Numbered from the stretch's first letter, positions 34,263-46,242 are shown. The stretch: DNA of 64,000 nucleotides from Carpediemonas membranifera BICM (GCA_019828565.1 JAHDYR010000046.1:1-64000); one strand, 5' to 3'. The notes: generated by a model not told the origin, from the sequence alone. Numbers and translations: made by a program.

Positions 34263-35471
34263 ATGGAAACAACCATGGAAGCTGTGAAGAATGCTTGGTT
34301 GTGCACCATCAGTAAGAAATCTTCCCGGAAAGCGGCTGCAAACAACCTTTCACGGTTCGTTCAATTCTTACAACGTGAGCGAGGGAGTACCGAGGACGAA
34401 GCGCTCTCCGTGATCCGGTCCGAGGAGGTTAGATCGCTTGTGCCCGGTTTTGCTGCATCATTGAACAAGGCAACCGCTGCTGTCACTCTCAGTGCCGTCA
34501 ACTCATTCCGAAACTCCGGCAGAGACAATGTCAAGCCGCTTGGGCAGTTTGAGCCTGTCGCATCGGAAGCTATTGTCCGACTAGTCTTCCCCTACAATGT
34601 GCTGGCTCTTATCATCAGCCACACGGGCATGACAGCTATTTCCGCCCGCGATATTGACATCAGTGAGCGAGCTCTTCAGCTTCCCGAAGAGCTCGCTGCC
34701 TGGATAGTATTCTCCAAGGCCTCATCCGCACTGTCTCATGTAGCGCCGAGCACCTTCTCGGAGGCTCTCAAGCAGGTCGGGCTCAGTGTCAACCAGCTTC
34801 GCTATGCGCCCCCGGTGCATGTCGATGTCAACCAGCTTAAGACGCGGGAGATTGAGAGAGAGAGACGGACTGGCAGGCCCAGAGACTTGACCAAGGTTCG
34901 GAAGGTCATTATGGACAAGCGCATCAGCCTCACCGATGATCAGTTCCGCCACCAGCTGGCAAACAGCCACCTGACGACCCTGCAGCGCCCGACGATCTTT
35001 GATCTCAACCCGGAGATCACAAGCTCTGCCGACCTGGTGCCGCCGATGCTCGATGGCTGGCTTTACAACAGGCTCAAGGCCAGAATGATCGAGCTTCACG
35101 ATACTAAGAAGAAAGAGAGGCAGAGCGAGGCTGACAAGGAGGCGGAGTTCGGCTCGCTGACTCGCGAGACAGAGATGCCAGAGGGCGAGAGAGAGGGCGA
35201 TACTGACGAGGAGGCGGTGTCCGACGAGCCAGCTTACCAGGCAGAGTGGATGCACTACGAGGTGCCAGCTCGCGAGGAGAGCGAGGAGGGCGCCTTTGGT
35301 GAGGAGGTGGACTTATGCAAGAGTGCCGATGAGGAACCAAAGATCGACCACGACGAGCATGGCGGGGAGGTGGCGGGCAGAGATGGTGATGGGGAGATTC
35401 AAGAGAATGTGATTGATGAGGAGCGCTCAGAGAGCGATACTGCCGACAGTATCGTCTTTTCCTTCATCTGA
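34263..35471 (+). CDS. Degenerate tyrosine-recombinase-like protein with acidic tail
   Basis: AANNLSRFVQFL..ATAAVTLSAVNSF (core-binding-like); LIISHTGMT (cf. TGxR); GLSVNQLRY (cf. HxLRH). Confidence 0.5.
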   Translation: METTMEAVKNAWLCTISKKSSRKAAANNLSRFVQFLQRERGSTEDEALSVIRSEEVRSLVPGFAASLNKATAAVTLSAVNSFRNSGRDNVKPLGQFEPVASEAIVRLVFPYNVLALIISHTGMTAISARDIDISERALQLPEELAAWIVFSKASSALSHVAPSTFSEALKQVGLSVNQLRYAPPVHVDVNQLKTREIERERRTGRPRDLTKVRKVIMDKRISLTDDQFRHQLANSHLTTLQRPTIFDLNPEITSSADLVPPMLDGWLYNRLKARMIELHDTKKKERQSEADKEAEFGSLTRETEMPEGEREGDTDEEAVSDEPAYQAEWMHYEVPAREESEEGAFGEEVDLCKSADEEPKIDHDEHGGEVAGRDGDGEIQENVIDEERSESDTADSIVFSFI

Positions 35472-35635
35472 CATTGTAAAGAGGAAGAGTTTATGATTGG
35501 AGCATAGCTGATGTCCATAAACACCATTCATAAGCCAGTCCTGGCTTGTTTTCCACTGCTACTTCTCTCGTTGCGACGCACAGCTAGCTGTCGCGAAATG
35601 CACTTTAAGACCGAATTTCACACAGCTACCTGTGC

Positions 35636-36941
35636 ATGGTGTTCGAGCTAGATAGCGACAAGCTGGAGCGACTTACTTCCTTACCTGGTAATAGTAGACA
35701 ATATCTGCACGACTTTGAACCTGAAAAGCTGCAGGTCGTGATCAAAGTTGATGAGCATTATGGTATGGAGGTTCCCACCCTGCTAGCGCTCAAGGACAGT
35801 CCGCATGTCCTCCCTGTCGTCGATACAGGTTTTGTCGACCGTGATCCAGCCTTCATGGCTCCTTTGGTCAACTGTACCCCCTTCGCTGGCATCTGCAAGG
35901 CTCACTCCAGCGTGCAGTTCCGCTATGTTTCGCATCTGCTGCAGGCAGTATGCTACATGCATGACCACGGGGTTGTCCATTGCGATATTAAGCCAGACAA
36001 CTTCCTCTTCAGCAAGAGTCAGAAGGGATACCTCATTGATTTTTGGGTCTGCAATGAGGAAGCCGGCTAATGGCGACGACAGGTGGGCCATACAACTGAG
36101 ATTCGCATCCGAGTATCGCGGCACCCATGGATATTTGCCCCCAGAGCTTTTCTACGAGTACCTTGTCTCGCGCTCAGTGATTCCTGCTGCACGCGACACC
36201 TCCAAGCTCGCGCGCATGACGGCAGGGGCTCTTTCCGTCACTTCTTATGTCGTGACACCTGCATCGGACATTTACTCTTGCGGTATTGTCATTATGATGC
36301 TCGTTAACGGTCTCTCTAAGTCCCCCTTTGCCGCGAAGGTGACTGACATGGGTGCAAACATGGCGCAGATCGACAACAAGAAGAAGAAGAAGATGCTGAA
36401 GCTTGGTAGCTTGCTGAACTGGTGCCAATTCTATGGTGGGCAGTTGCAGTTGTCACCTCAGGCACAGACACATTTCAAAGATTGCCTCGAGTGTGTCAAC
36501 GTGAACTCTGAGCTCCCGATTCGCGGCACCACGCCACCTACTTGTCTCAGCCTGTACGACCTGGCAATGCAGATGCTCCACTTCGACCCTGCGAAGCGTC
36601 CCACTGCTGCCGAATGTCTTGACAAGCTCAAGGTCATCATGCGCGTGCATGAATGCGTCGCCAAGCCGAGTCCGCTTCTGTTAGATGATACAGAAGAGGT
36701 CACCCTGTCTGCAGCTCAGCGAAAGAGACTGACCGACTGCTGTCAGCGAGGGTTTGAGGGTCAAGTCTTCTATCGGCGCTGCATAGTGTGTGGTAGAGAC
36801 CTTCATGGACGCGAGAACGTCAGCTGTGACACATGCCACAAGGGATACAGGCAGGTGAGCACCAATAAGTGCGCAAAAGGTGTGCGCGGAAGACTGCACA
36901 GGCAGTTTATTGCAATGATTGAGCGGACGAAAAGAGATTGA
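35636..36941 (+). CDS. Ser/Thr protein kinase with C-terminal Cys module (1-nt frameshift at DFG)
   Basis: VVIK, HCDIKPDNFL, IDF/G, GTHGYLPPE, DIYSCG, DPAKRPTA; CIVC..CDTC. Confidence 0.9.
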
Positions 36942-37055
36942 TACTTTCTGTGATGCAGGAATGAGATCAATGCTGCTGACAGGTCTCGAGATGGCAGAGG
37001 TGCTGGAGAAGAGAGAGCAGAAACAGAATCAGAAGTAAATGTCCTAAGGAGATGT

Positions 37056-37617
37056 AACAGAAGTAGCAAGCAATGTTTAATAACGTATGAACAGTCCTTT
37101 TGATGTTGTTTAGTGATTTTTGTGCATTAACGACCGAGAACAGTGGAGTGCAACGCAGATGTTGGTTATTGATGGTAGATGGCGCGCTTTTGACGACAGC
37201 TGGTTGCTTTTGCAGTATAAAGAACCGCATAGCTGCCACTAGTTCCTTCCAATAATGCTTTCCCGCCATTTTGAGGTTGGAATGAAATTCCAAGCACCGT
37301 GCACTTTATGTAATTGCCCAATATCAACGCCACCCCCGCCCCCAGCGCCTCCACGCCCCACGCCAACGCCACCTCCGCCCCCTGGCGCTCAGTTCAGGAG
37401 ATGTCCGGTCGATAAGCCATAAACTGCACGGATCCACAAACGTGGATTGGCCTGAACGACAGCGCTGAGGCCCAAACAGGTGGTGAGACATTAAAAAGAC
37501 TCATTTGCAATCCATTTACTCAGTCCTCACCCTCTTACCACTTGTCTCGATCTCTGAATCATCCTCTATTGTGTTGTCCGCATGCTTCTGCTTTTCGGGC
37601 GACTCATGGGTCACCGC
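37056..37617 (-). repeat. Inter-cargo spacer R2
   Basis: Reverse complement of R1. Confidence 0.92.
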
Positions 37618-40600
37618 CGCGGTTTGTCCGAGACCAAATGCCATTCTTGCAAACGCCATAAGGTCTGGCGGGAATGTACTGCTTGTCGTCAGAGCATTGT
37701 AGATCTCAGGACGGATATCTTTCGCCGTTGAGTAAACCATGCACAGATGACTGTGAACAATGAGGGTGCTCAAGCCCCTGACTGTATCGTTATCCTTCGG
37801 GATCATTCGGTTCTTCAGCAAGGAAGTGAAGTCGGCGAAGTGGATGATGATGACACCAATGATGTTGTGGAACTTTGACATCATGCTTTCTGTCTCACCC
37901 ATCAGTTTCAGACGCTCCACAACGTTGTTGTAGAAGGGGGTCTTCGTTATGTTAAGGCGTGTGGAAAGTGCACCTTGCTTGTTCGCCTGGACAAAGATCC
38001 TCTGCTGCTGAAGAGCCACTGAGAGCAGGGCGTCGCTGGGGGCCACGTTTTCGTTATACTTAATCTTCTGGCTTGACAAACAGTCGTAGAGACAAAGCTG
38101 GTAAGCAATCCAGGCCCGAATAACTCGGACGTTGTTCTCCTGGAATGAGTGTTCCAGCTCGTGAAGGGTCGACTCACTGGCGTTGAAACCATCCATCCCA
38201 GAGATATCGATGGTAATGGCAGAGTTTTTCGGCACGCTGCGAATCCACGTTTCAAGGCTTGTCTCTCATACTGTTAAAAACGGGGTTTCGATGCCTGAGG
38301 AAATCATGAGGAAGTCCGTTTTCACGAAAAAAAATGGTGAAAGCATTAGATTCAGTAAAATCTTTTCACCATTTTCACAAGGCGCAAGAACACGAAAGAG
38401 ATGGCACTGAACACCCCTGGATGTACAGGACATCACTATACACGCTTTCCATGCATCTGTGAGCTTCTGCATTTTTGAGACTACTGTTCGCCAAGAGAAT
38501 CACTGAGGTTGTCGATAAATGCTATCCATAAGCTACTCCTGTCTTTATTTCCGCTGCTGCTTCCCTCGTAGCGACGCACAGGTAGCTGTCGCAAAATGCA
38601 CTTTAAGACCGTATTTCGCACAGCTACCTGTGCATGGTGTTTGAGCTTGATTGAAAGGCACTGAACAATACAGGGCTACTCTGCAGGTAACAGTAAGCAA
38701 TACTTGAGCGACTTTGGGCCTCGAAAGTGGTAGGATCTCATCAATGTTTATGACCCACCCTCGCATCATCCTGATCAGAACTTCACGCTTACTCACATGC
38801 TCAAGTACTATCCATATGTCCTCCCTGTCACCGATGTAGTCGTTGTCGACCGTGTCTCAGCCTGGATACTCCTCCTGTCGACCGCACTGTCGTCTCCAAC
38901 GTCTGTTAGGTCGACCCTAGTGTCCAACTCAGTTATATTAGTCATCTAATGCAGGCTAAATTCGTCATACATGACCACGGAGTTGTTCAATGCGACTTCA
39001 AGTCTCACAATTTTCTTTTCCGCTCTGAACAGAATGTATAGGTGACTGAATATGGCTCAGCGATGGCTAGAATCACAACTAATTGTCCTCTCTGACTCTT
39101 TAAAAGCTATTCGAGTGTGTCAGATCATTCTAATCTTTCCAGTCGCGCCATAATGTTAAACAGAAAGCCCAATCTCGCGATTGAATACGCATAGTCGACG
39201 CAGAGAAGCATTGTATAGCCAAGAACGCCTTCTTGAACATGACAGTATTGTTGACGTGACTCCAACATTAGTCCTCGGATTGATATTATGTCGAGACAGG
39301 AAGATGGGAGGGATGCACCACGACTCATGAGACTAAATGTCTCCCAAACCATCTCCTAAACCATTTGATGTAGTGTGATTGAACTTGTACTGTGTTTACC
39401 TTGAAGTGCGCCCCATGTATTTTTTTTGTTTACGTATATCAACATAAATACGCCAATTCATTATCGTAAAATTGCTGGGCCCGGGTCAGCACAGTCTAAG
39501 GACCCACCATACCGCTTTTCAGGCAGAAGTAGTCTGAACTCTAATTTTGCTTTACGTATATCTCAGTAAATAGACTCGAACGATATGTAAACACCTCGCA
39601 GCAGCCATAAAGACCCAATAGCTACCCCTTGGCCGATTTTCAGCTCATTCTGCACCTGCGCTGTTTTGGCCGTTTTTCGATGGGCATCTCATCGCTCCAT
39701 TTTCGATTTTGTCAATTTGGTCCTCAGAGGACACAGATTAAATTTTTCAGTGTCCTCTGAGGACAACATTGACAGGATTGTAGCTTATCCAGAACTTGGA
39801 GGTGGCCAGAAACTGAAATCGCTGAAAAGCTCAGAGACGTCGTTATATCATCTATAACGGCATCTCTGAGCTTTTGGGCGCACGGTTTCATCATGACGTG
39901 GAGATCGATGCTTGTGAAAATGAAGAATCGACTAGGAGAGCTCTACGCTTGCATGCAGCCTTCTATTAGGTTGTTGATGTTGGTTATATGCTTCTTTTTC
40001 GTTCTCGATGTATCTGGATGGAAGTTCTTTCACAAACTGCATTTGGCTGAATTGATGTTGGTTATTGATGATAAAGGCACCAGAATGGCTCATATGCATG
40101 CTATAAACCCGTTCTGTGCCGTTGGAATAGCGTTATTCGATAGTCGGTAGCACTTGTTGTTCGTTTCACTCGTTGCAATCATTAAAGTGCACAACGAGAA
40201 CTGATAAATCCTGGCCCATCTGTGCATGTGACAGCAACAAGGGGTCTCGGGGTAAGAGCAGGAACAAGAATTGGGAACAGCGAATTCCAGGCTGCCTGTC
40301 AACGAGCTAAGAACTGACCCCAGCCAGGTGAAACAAATGGAACTTCTCAGAATGTCATAATATTCGCTGCTGTATGAGACTCACTGCCTCCCCTGCTCAC
40401 CCAATTAGCGATATAGGGATTTAGGGATGTGCAGTGCAAGGACCGTGATAAATGCGGACGCAGAAGAGGCAGACCTAGCACTTGTGGGGAACACTCACAC
40501 CCCCGCTAAATCACACGCAAGGTCACCGGAGAAGACACAAGCCTCATAAAGTCCACAGGTATGAACTTTTGAGGTCATAACTCTATGCTCTATGGCGGGT

Positions 40601-42424
40601 GCAATTGTGATAGGAAGTGCGTTGAATGCAAGTTAGAGGTCTAATGCGCTCTAGAGTCCTTCTGGTCATCATTCAGCGGATGAGGTAGCGCCCAGGCCGG
40701 GTGGAGAGTGGCGAAAATGGTCATTCACGAGCTTTGGCAGTTACCCGCGTCTCTCGGCTGTGGGATAATGGGATACCGGACCTGTCCATGACCGAACACC
40801 AATCGACCTAAAATTGTATTTAATGCGAAAAATTTTTTACGATGGTGTCTCTGACCTCCTGCCATGATACAGGTGCGAGAGGTACAAAGTTACTTTTTTT
40901 GATGTTTTTCTCCCGAGACCATTTTGTGCCACCAAGAAAAAAAAAGTGGCACAAATGAGTTTGAAGTTTGTGTGCTGCAGAACTACATTCTGAGGTGTTC
41001 AGGGGATGTGTATAGTGTCTAATAAAGTACCCAGTGCAAACCACCAGCGGCATGATCATCACAATAGCGATTACGAACTGTGAAATTTCACATTTTCACA
41101 TTTCACGGAATTTTCACGAAACGCGATTACTGCGATTGCGACATCTTGGAGCTGAAAAGCGGCAGAAATGCCTGTAACAAGGATCTATAACATATCTTGA
41201 AGTTAGACTGCTGATAGCTAGTCTCGTTGTCGAGTTCTGAGCTTGCACAAAAAAGTTGAATCTGAATTTCACGGTCAATATTGACCTAGATCGCGAAAGT
41301 GAAGGTGTAAGAAAAGGCTAACTCACCAACGAGAGCAGCTAGAGGAAAATGGTAAAGGGTTTTGCAATCTGCATCCCCGGAGGAGTTCAGTTTCACACAG
41401 ATGAGGATTTGAGAAAGCTCCCCTTTCACAACGTCTTTGGGCACCTTCGACGGCGTCGATAATGATGAAGCATACCATTAGCCCTTATAGGCTATGATAC
41501 ACATCTACTGTTGACGAAATGTTCTGCAATGTTGTCATCGACGAGATATGGTACCACATTTTTTATATCTCAAGATTGATGAAGTGCCCCATCTAGCCGA
41601 GCATATCCGGGTGCTGTATGAAGGTCATATAGCACCCCAGTATGGTTGGTTAGTTGGGGCACTTCACCAATCCCGAGATCGAGTGATTCAATCAAAAGAA
41701 CCCAGCGACTGAGACATCGCTGAGAGCTGAAACCGAGAGAGGATGTATAAACAGTAGTACTGAGCTTGCTTACAGACCAGCTTGTCATTACGACCACTTT
41801 TCACCAACTACATAAAATGCGTTTCCCTATTTACTCGCCGATGAGCAAAGTAATGCTCGACAAAGATGTAAGATATGCGTTATTCATCTATAAAGCACCT
41901 GCTGTAGTATTTAAATCGGCTTCAGGGGTTCTAGTTTCGGATATCGCCATTTTCACTTCCTCACGACTTCCTCAGGCATCGAAACCCCGTTTTTAACAGT
42001 ATGCTTCCTGGCGGCTGAGGTTCTTGAGTGGTACGATGACCTGCTGTTGTGTCGGGGCAGGCGTACCAGCGCGTCGCGGCGCCAGCTGTCTCAGCTTCTT
42101 TGTCTGCACCTTCTTCTTCGCAGACTTGGTGGTCTTGGGCTGAAGCTTGGATGCAGGCTTGGCGGTTTCTCCTACCGCGACAGGCACATCTTCAATGGGC
42201 TCTTGGGGAATCTCCGCCAGGAGATCTAGCTCTTTCATGATAGACGGGCTGTCGGCGAAGAGATCGCGCAAGAAACGGTCGAATGCTCTGTCAAACTCAC
42301 CAGAAATGACCGCGGCGATCTTTCGGGCCTGTCTGTTGTTTCTTTCTGATGGGAAAGGGCCACAAGTAAGCTCAATAGCAGCAATAAGCTGCTGCAAATG
42401 CAGTTCTGACTCCAGAGTGTCCAT
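37516..42424 (-). CDS. 389-aa orphan protein split by the nested transposon
   Basis: Removing 38267-42003 and one CT joins ..KNLSRQE|ETSLETWIRSVPKNSAIT.. in frame (421+749 nt). Confidence 0.8.
38267..42003. mobile_element. Nested non-autonomous CMC-like element (3,737 bp)
   Basis: ~49-bp TIR CATACTGTTAAAAACGGGGTTTCGATGCCTGAGGAA..; 2-bp TSD CT. Confidence 0.92.
38520..39060 (+). pseudogene. Decayed copy of the cargo kinase and its upstream region
   Basis: 38549-38650 resembles 35551-35652; HDHGVVQCDFKSHNFLF remnant near 38970-39020. Confidence 0.75.
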
Positions 42425-42560
42425 TGCTGCATAAGCTGCACATGAATCCAGCCTGGTCGATTCGTTCACGCGGCAGACAAGAAGAGAGACGTGCCAGGCA
42501 TGGCACTCTCTCTGGCAATGGCAAGTCTTCAACGGGAAGCCGCGAACGCCTCGTTGATCT

Positions 42561-43073
42561 GTCTTGGCATTTGTTGAGGACAACACAGCTGTAAACGACA
42601 ATAAGATGAAACAGAAGTAGCAAGCAATGTTTAATAACGTATGAACAGTCCTTTTGATGTTGTTTAGTGATTTTTGTGCATTAACGACCGAGAACAGTGG
42701 AGTGCAACGCAGATGTTGGTTATTGATGGTAGATGGCGCGCTTTTGACGACAGCTGGTTGCTTTTGCAGTATAAAGAACCGCATAGCTGCCACTAGTTCC
42801 TTCCAATAATGCTTTCCCGCCATTTTGAGGTTGGAATGAAATTCCAAGCACCGTGCACTTTATGTAATTGCCCAATATCAACGCCACCCCCGCCCCCAGC
42901 GCCTCCACGCCCCACGCCAACGCCACCTCCGCCCCCCTGGCGCTCAGTTCAGGAGATGTCCGGTCGATAAGCCATAAACTGCACGGATCCACAAACGTGG
43001 ATTGGCCTGAACGACAGCGCTGAGGCCCAAACAGGTGGTGAGACATTAAAAAGACTCATTTGCAATCCATTTA
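42561..43073 (-). repeat. Inter-cargo spacer R3
   Basis: Direct repeat of R2. Confidence 0.92.
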
Positions 43074-43092
43074 ACCACATCACTCTCTCTGA

Positions 43093-43695
43093 TCATTCAT
43101 ATTTGAAGGTTAGGGCATTAACAACCATGTGATCCTTCGCGCTGGAGTTAAGACGATAAATGATGTAGTAGGTAAACTCTTCTTCATCGATCTTCTCGTC
43201 AACAAGCGCCTTATACCAAACCATGAACTCATTGGGAACGGTGACCATCACGAAGACAATCTTGCGTTCAATATCAGAGACACGGAAGGGGAAGTGCTGA
43301 GTCGCAAATTCAGCTAGCGTCCTGCCGCTACAGGAAAGGGCGATCTTGCCCCAATGCAGGAACTCCAAGTGACGCTGCATGACGCTTGATGCTCGCTCAA
43401 TGCTCGATACATGCTCGACACCACGAGAGGAAGATGATATTGTTCTCGTGATGCTGTCCGTACCCGAGCACCGCACAACTCCGTCTCCATAGCTCTCCTG
43501 CAGAGCAGCCGTTTTCTCGTTGTAAATCGTCGCCGCGTTCTCTGTAGTTAGCCAGAACATCACAAATCGTTCCACACAGGAATCCTCGATCATGTTGATG
43601 CATTGACTTGCGGTCTCTATCTTACCACGCTTTATAGTGGTGTATAGAGCCGCAAGATGCTCAAATGCGATCCACTGTTGGCTGTCTGTCGTCAT
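43093..43695 (-). CDS. Orphan 200-aa protein, divergent from the SET gene
   Basis: Clean ATG ORF between R3 and R4; no recognised motif. Confidence 0.55.
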   Translation of the reverse strand: MTTDSQQWIAFEHLAALYTTIKRGKIETASQCINMIEDSCVERFVMFWLTTENAATIYNEKTAALQESYGDGVVRCSGTDSITRTISSSSRGVEHVSSIERASSVMQRHLEFLHWGKIALSCSGRTLAEFATQHFPFRVSDIERKIVFVMVTVPNEFMVWYKALVDEKIDEEEFTYYIIYRLNSSAKDHMVVNALTFKYE

Positions 43696-43749
43696 CGTTC
43701 AAATCCGATGTGCAGGTTATGGAACAGGGAGCGAGTTTCGCAATTGTGA

Positions 43750-44478
43750 GTGACAACAGGAATGCACACTATCATGATCCCGCATGTTGCTACAGATGGA
43801 TCAGAGGAAGAGGAGAACATTACAATGTCTTTAGATGATTACGAGAAATTGATGTCTCTGAAAAAGCTCTCTAAGGAGGATAGAGAGCAGTTCCTCGGTG
43901 CAGGTGGCAAGAAGGCGGACTCTGAGCATGCAGGCGAAGAACTACTTGAGAACGGCATCGCTAAGACCGCAGATGGGATCCTTCTTGAGCCACAGAAGTC
44001 CCTCATGGGCACCGATGTTGGCCAAGGGGTCATCTCGTCGCACCGAATCGACGTCGGTTCTCTGGTCGGTGTCTATGCTGGTGAGGTCATCCATGAGCGC
44101 CAGTCAAATGGTAACTACGACTACCTCATCGATGGAACCCAGTTTTGCGTCAGCGCCAACCCTGAAACAATCGGTGTCCATCGCATCAACGACAACCCGG
44201 TCGTGACCAATGTGCAGTGCCACATTGGTCACGTTCTTGTTCGTGTTGCTGCTGATGAGACGAAACTGCTCCCGCTTCTCTTCTTCGTGTGCGTTCGAAC
44301 AATTCACCCCTACGAATATTTATCACTCGAGTACGACCATCACTACTGGGCCCAAGGAGAGTGGGAGCGACTTCCGCTGTTCGTTGTGTCGTTCAAGCGC
44401 CTTGCCCAGAACGCATCCCTCCATGGTATATCTTCTGCCCGAGAGACGGCGCGTCAGTACCTGCGCCTGGCTGAATAG
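43750..44478 (+). CDS. SET-domain lysine methyltransferase-like protein
   Basis: GQGVIS..I..G..VGVYAGEVI, HRIND (cf. RFINH), EYLSLEY..YW. Confidence 0.82.
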   Translation: MTTGMHTIMIPHVATDGSEEEENITMSLDDYEKLMSLKKLSKEDREQFLGAGGKKADSEHAGEELLENGIAKTADGILLEPQKSLMGTDVGQGVISSHRIDVGSLVGVYAGEVIHERQSNGNYDYLIDGTQFCVSANPETIGVHRINDNPVVTNVQCHIGHVLVRVAADETKLLPLLFFVCVRTIHPYEYLSLEYDHHYWAQGEWERLPLFVVSFKRLAQNASLHGISSARETARQYLRLAE

Positions 44479-44511
44479 GTAAACGGACGTCTATAGTATC
44501 TATCTTTTGTT

Positions 44512-44892
44512 CCTTTCTGATGTTGTTTAGTGATTTTTGTGCATTAACGACCGAGAACAGTGGAGTGTAACGCAGATGTTGGTTATTGATGGTAGATGGC
44601 GCGCTTTTGACGACAGCTGGTTGCTTTTGCAGTATAAAGAACCGCATAGCTGCCACTAGTTCCTTCCAATAATGCTTTCCCGCCATTTTGAGGTTGGAAT
44701 GAAATTCCAAGCACCGTGCACTTTATGTAATTGCCCAATATCAACGCCACCCCCGCCCCCCAGCGCCTCCACGCCCCACGCCAACGCCACCTCCGCCCCC
44801 TGGCGCTCAGTTCAGGAGATGTCCGGTCGATAAGCCATAAACTGCACGGATCCACAAACGTGGATTGGCCTGAACGACAGCGCTGAGGCCCA
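44512..44892 (-). repeat. Inter-cargo spacer R4 (core ~380 bp)
   Basis: Direct repeat of R2/R3. Confidence 0.92.
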
Positions 44893-44971
44893 GACATGCA
44901 CATATACATTCATTTATTCCTGTCTCGCTCTCTTGCCTGTCTGATCGCGACGTTTGACCCACTCAAATGCC

Positions 44972-45928
44972 TCATCTGTGAGGGTAGACAGAGACGTCGC
45001 GAGTATTCCCAGTCCTAACCTTCCGAATCAACGTTCGGCAAGGATCTTTGGGTGTCGTCGTTGAGGTACGACGGCAAGCCCACTCTGAGGTCTCGCATGA
45101 GCCCCCGCACACGATGCAACGTCCTGACAGGACAAGCGGGGGGTCATGCGTTCTGGCCATAGCTAGCTGGTCCACCTGGCTAGCAGTCAGTGTGCGGGAC
45201 ATGAGCGTACCGCGCGTCTTGCCCGTGTCTTCGGGCCTGGGCCTCGGCTCATCCAGGTCTCCGACGTCCGAAGTCGTCATCGTTGCCTGCTCCAAAGTGG
45301 TGGGCACCGGCTGAGACCTGACACCTGGCAGCCTGAGCATGGTCTTACGGCCGCCGCTACGCAGCCTCTCAATCTCATCCTCAAGAATGCTGACCTTCTT
45401 CGTCAGAGCATGATGTTCACTTGTCGCAACGAGCGACACTGGCGACTTAAGCAGCGCGATGAACGCCCTGACGTTATCGTGCAATGGAACCGAGAAGGCC
45501 TGGGCCAAGCTCTCGACCAGCTCCAGGACCTTGGGCAGGGTGTCGGGCTCAAGCTCATTGTGAGCTGCGCGGTTCCGGTACTCAACGAGATCACGAATGA
45601 TCTTGGCATGGGCTTTGTTGTACGCCGCTCGATTGGACATCTCACGAAGGATTCTTGATGAATCCACGTCCTGTTCGAGCTCTTTGCCGAGGAGGTCCTT
45701 CTCGGTGCTATTGGGCTTGCACCCGGGGTTAAATGCAGGCGAGGCCAAGATCTTCCGCATCCAAGGGACCATCATGGCGAGCAGCTGAAGAACTCGCGCA
45801 TTATCGCCAAGGATGCGGAGCTGCTCATCGTTCCATGGTGAAATGAACAGGTGATGATCTTGTCGAGCGGATGATTGCCCTTTGAGAGGTGCTTGGCGAT
45901 GCTTAGCGCGATATCGGTCCATCCACAA
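44972..45928 (-). CDS. HEPN-like (Swt1-type) protein with coiled coil and C-terminal Cys module
   Basis: Helical region with YRNRAAH (RxxxxH); RCIVCG. Confidence 0.6.
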   Translation of the reverse strand: MWMDRYRAKHRQAPLKGQSSARQDHHLFISPWNDEQLRILGDNARVLQLLAMMVPWMRKILASPAFNPGCKPNSTEKDLLGKELEQDVDSSRILREMSNRAAYNKAHAKIIRDLVEYRNRAAHNELEPDTLPKVLELVESLAQAFSVPLHDNVRAFIALLKSPVSLVATSEHHALTKKVSILEDEIERLRSGGRKTMLRLPGVRSQPVPTTLEQATMTTSDVGDLDEPRPRPEDTGKTRGTLMSRTLTASQVDQLAMARTHDPPLVLSGRCIVCGGSCETSEWACRRTSTTTPKDPCRTLIRKVRTGNTRDVSVYPHR

Positions 45929-46242
45929 CTGTGGATGACGAGCAATTTAAGGTAGGTGCCGCATCAGTCAATAACCCCGTGCTATCGTGCAATAGAACAC
46001 AGTTAACACTGCTTTCCATGCGCAGCAACACAGCCTGTGGCGGAGAGACGCCCGGTATGGACGACACCAGGTGATCCACAAACGTGGATTGGCCAATTAC
46101 GTCGGCCCCTCCCATCCCGCATCCCTCAGGATACGCAAGCACAAGCTCTCTCCCTGCAGCACCTCTCTGGCGCTCTCTAAAATCGTCGTATAGCGTAAAC
46201 AGAATGTGCCGCATCAGTCATTCGTTCATTTTATTCCACTTA

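Noticed and set aside
35636-36941. Naming the kinase CDC7
   Set aside because: Some resemblance (IKPxNFLF, inserts), but not enough to assign without a phylogeny
29833-44892. Repeats separated by unique DNA read as a CRISPR array
   Set aside because: Units are 380-600 bp with kilobase gene-bearing intervals, and there are no cas genes
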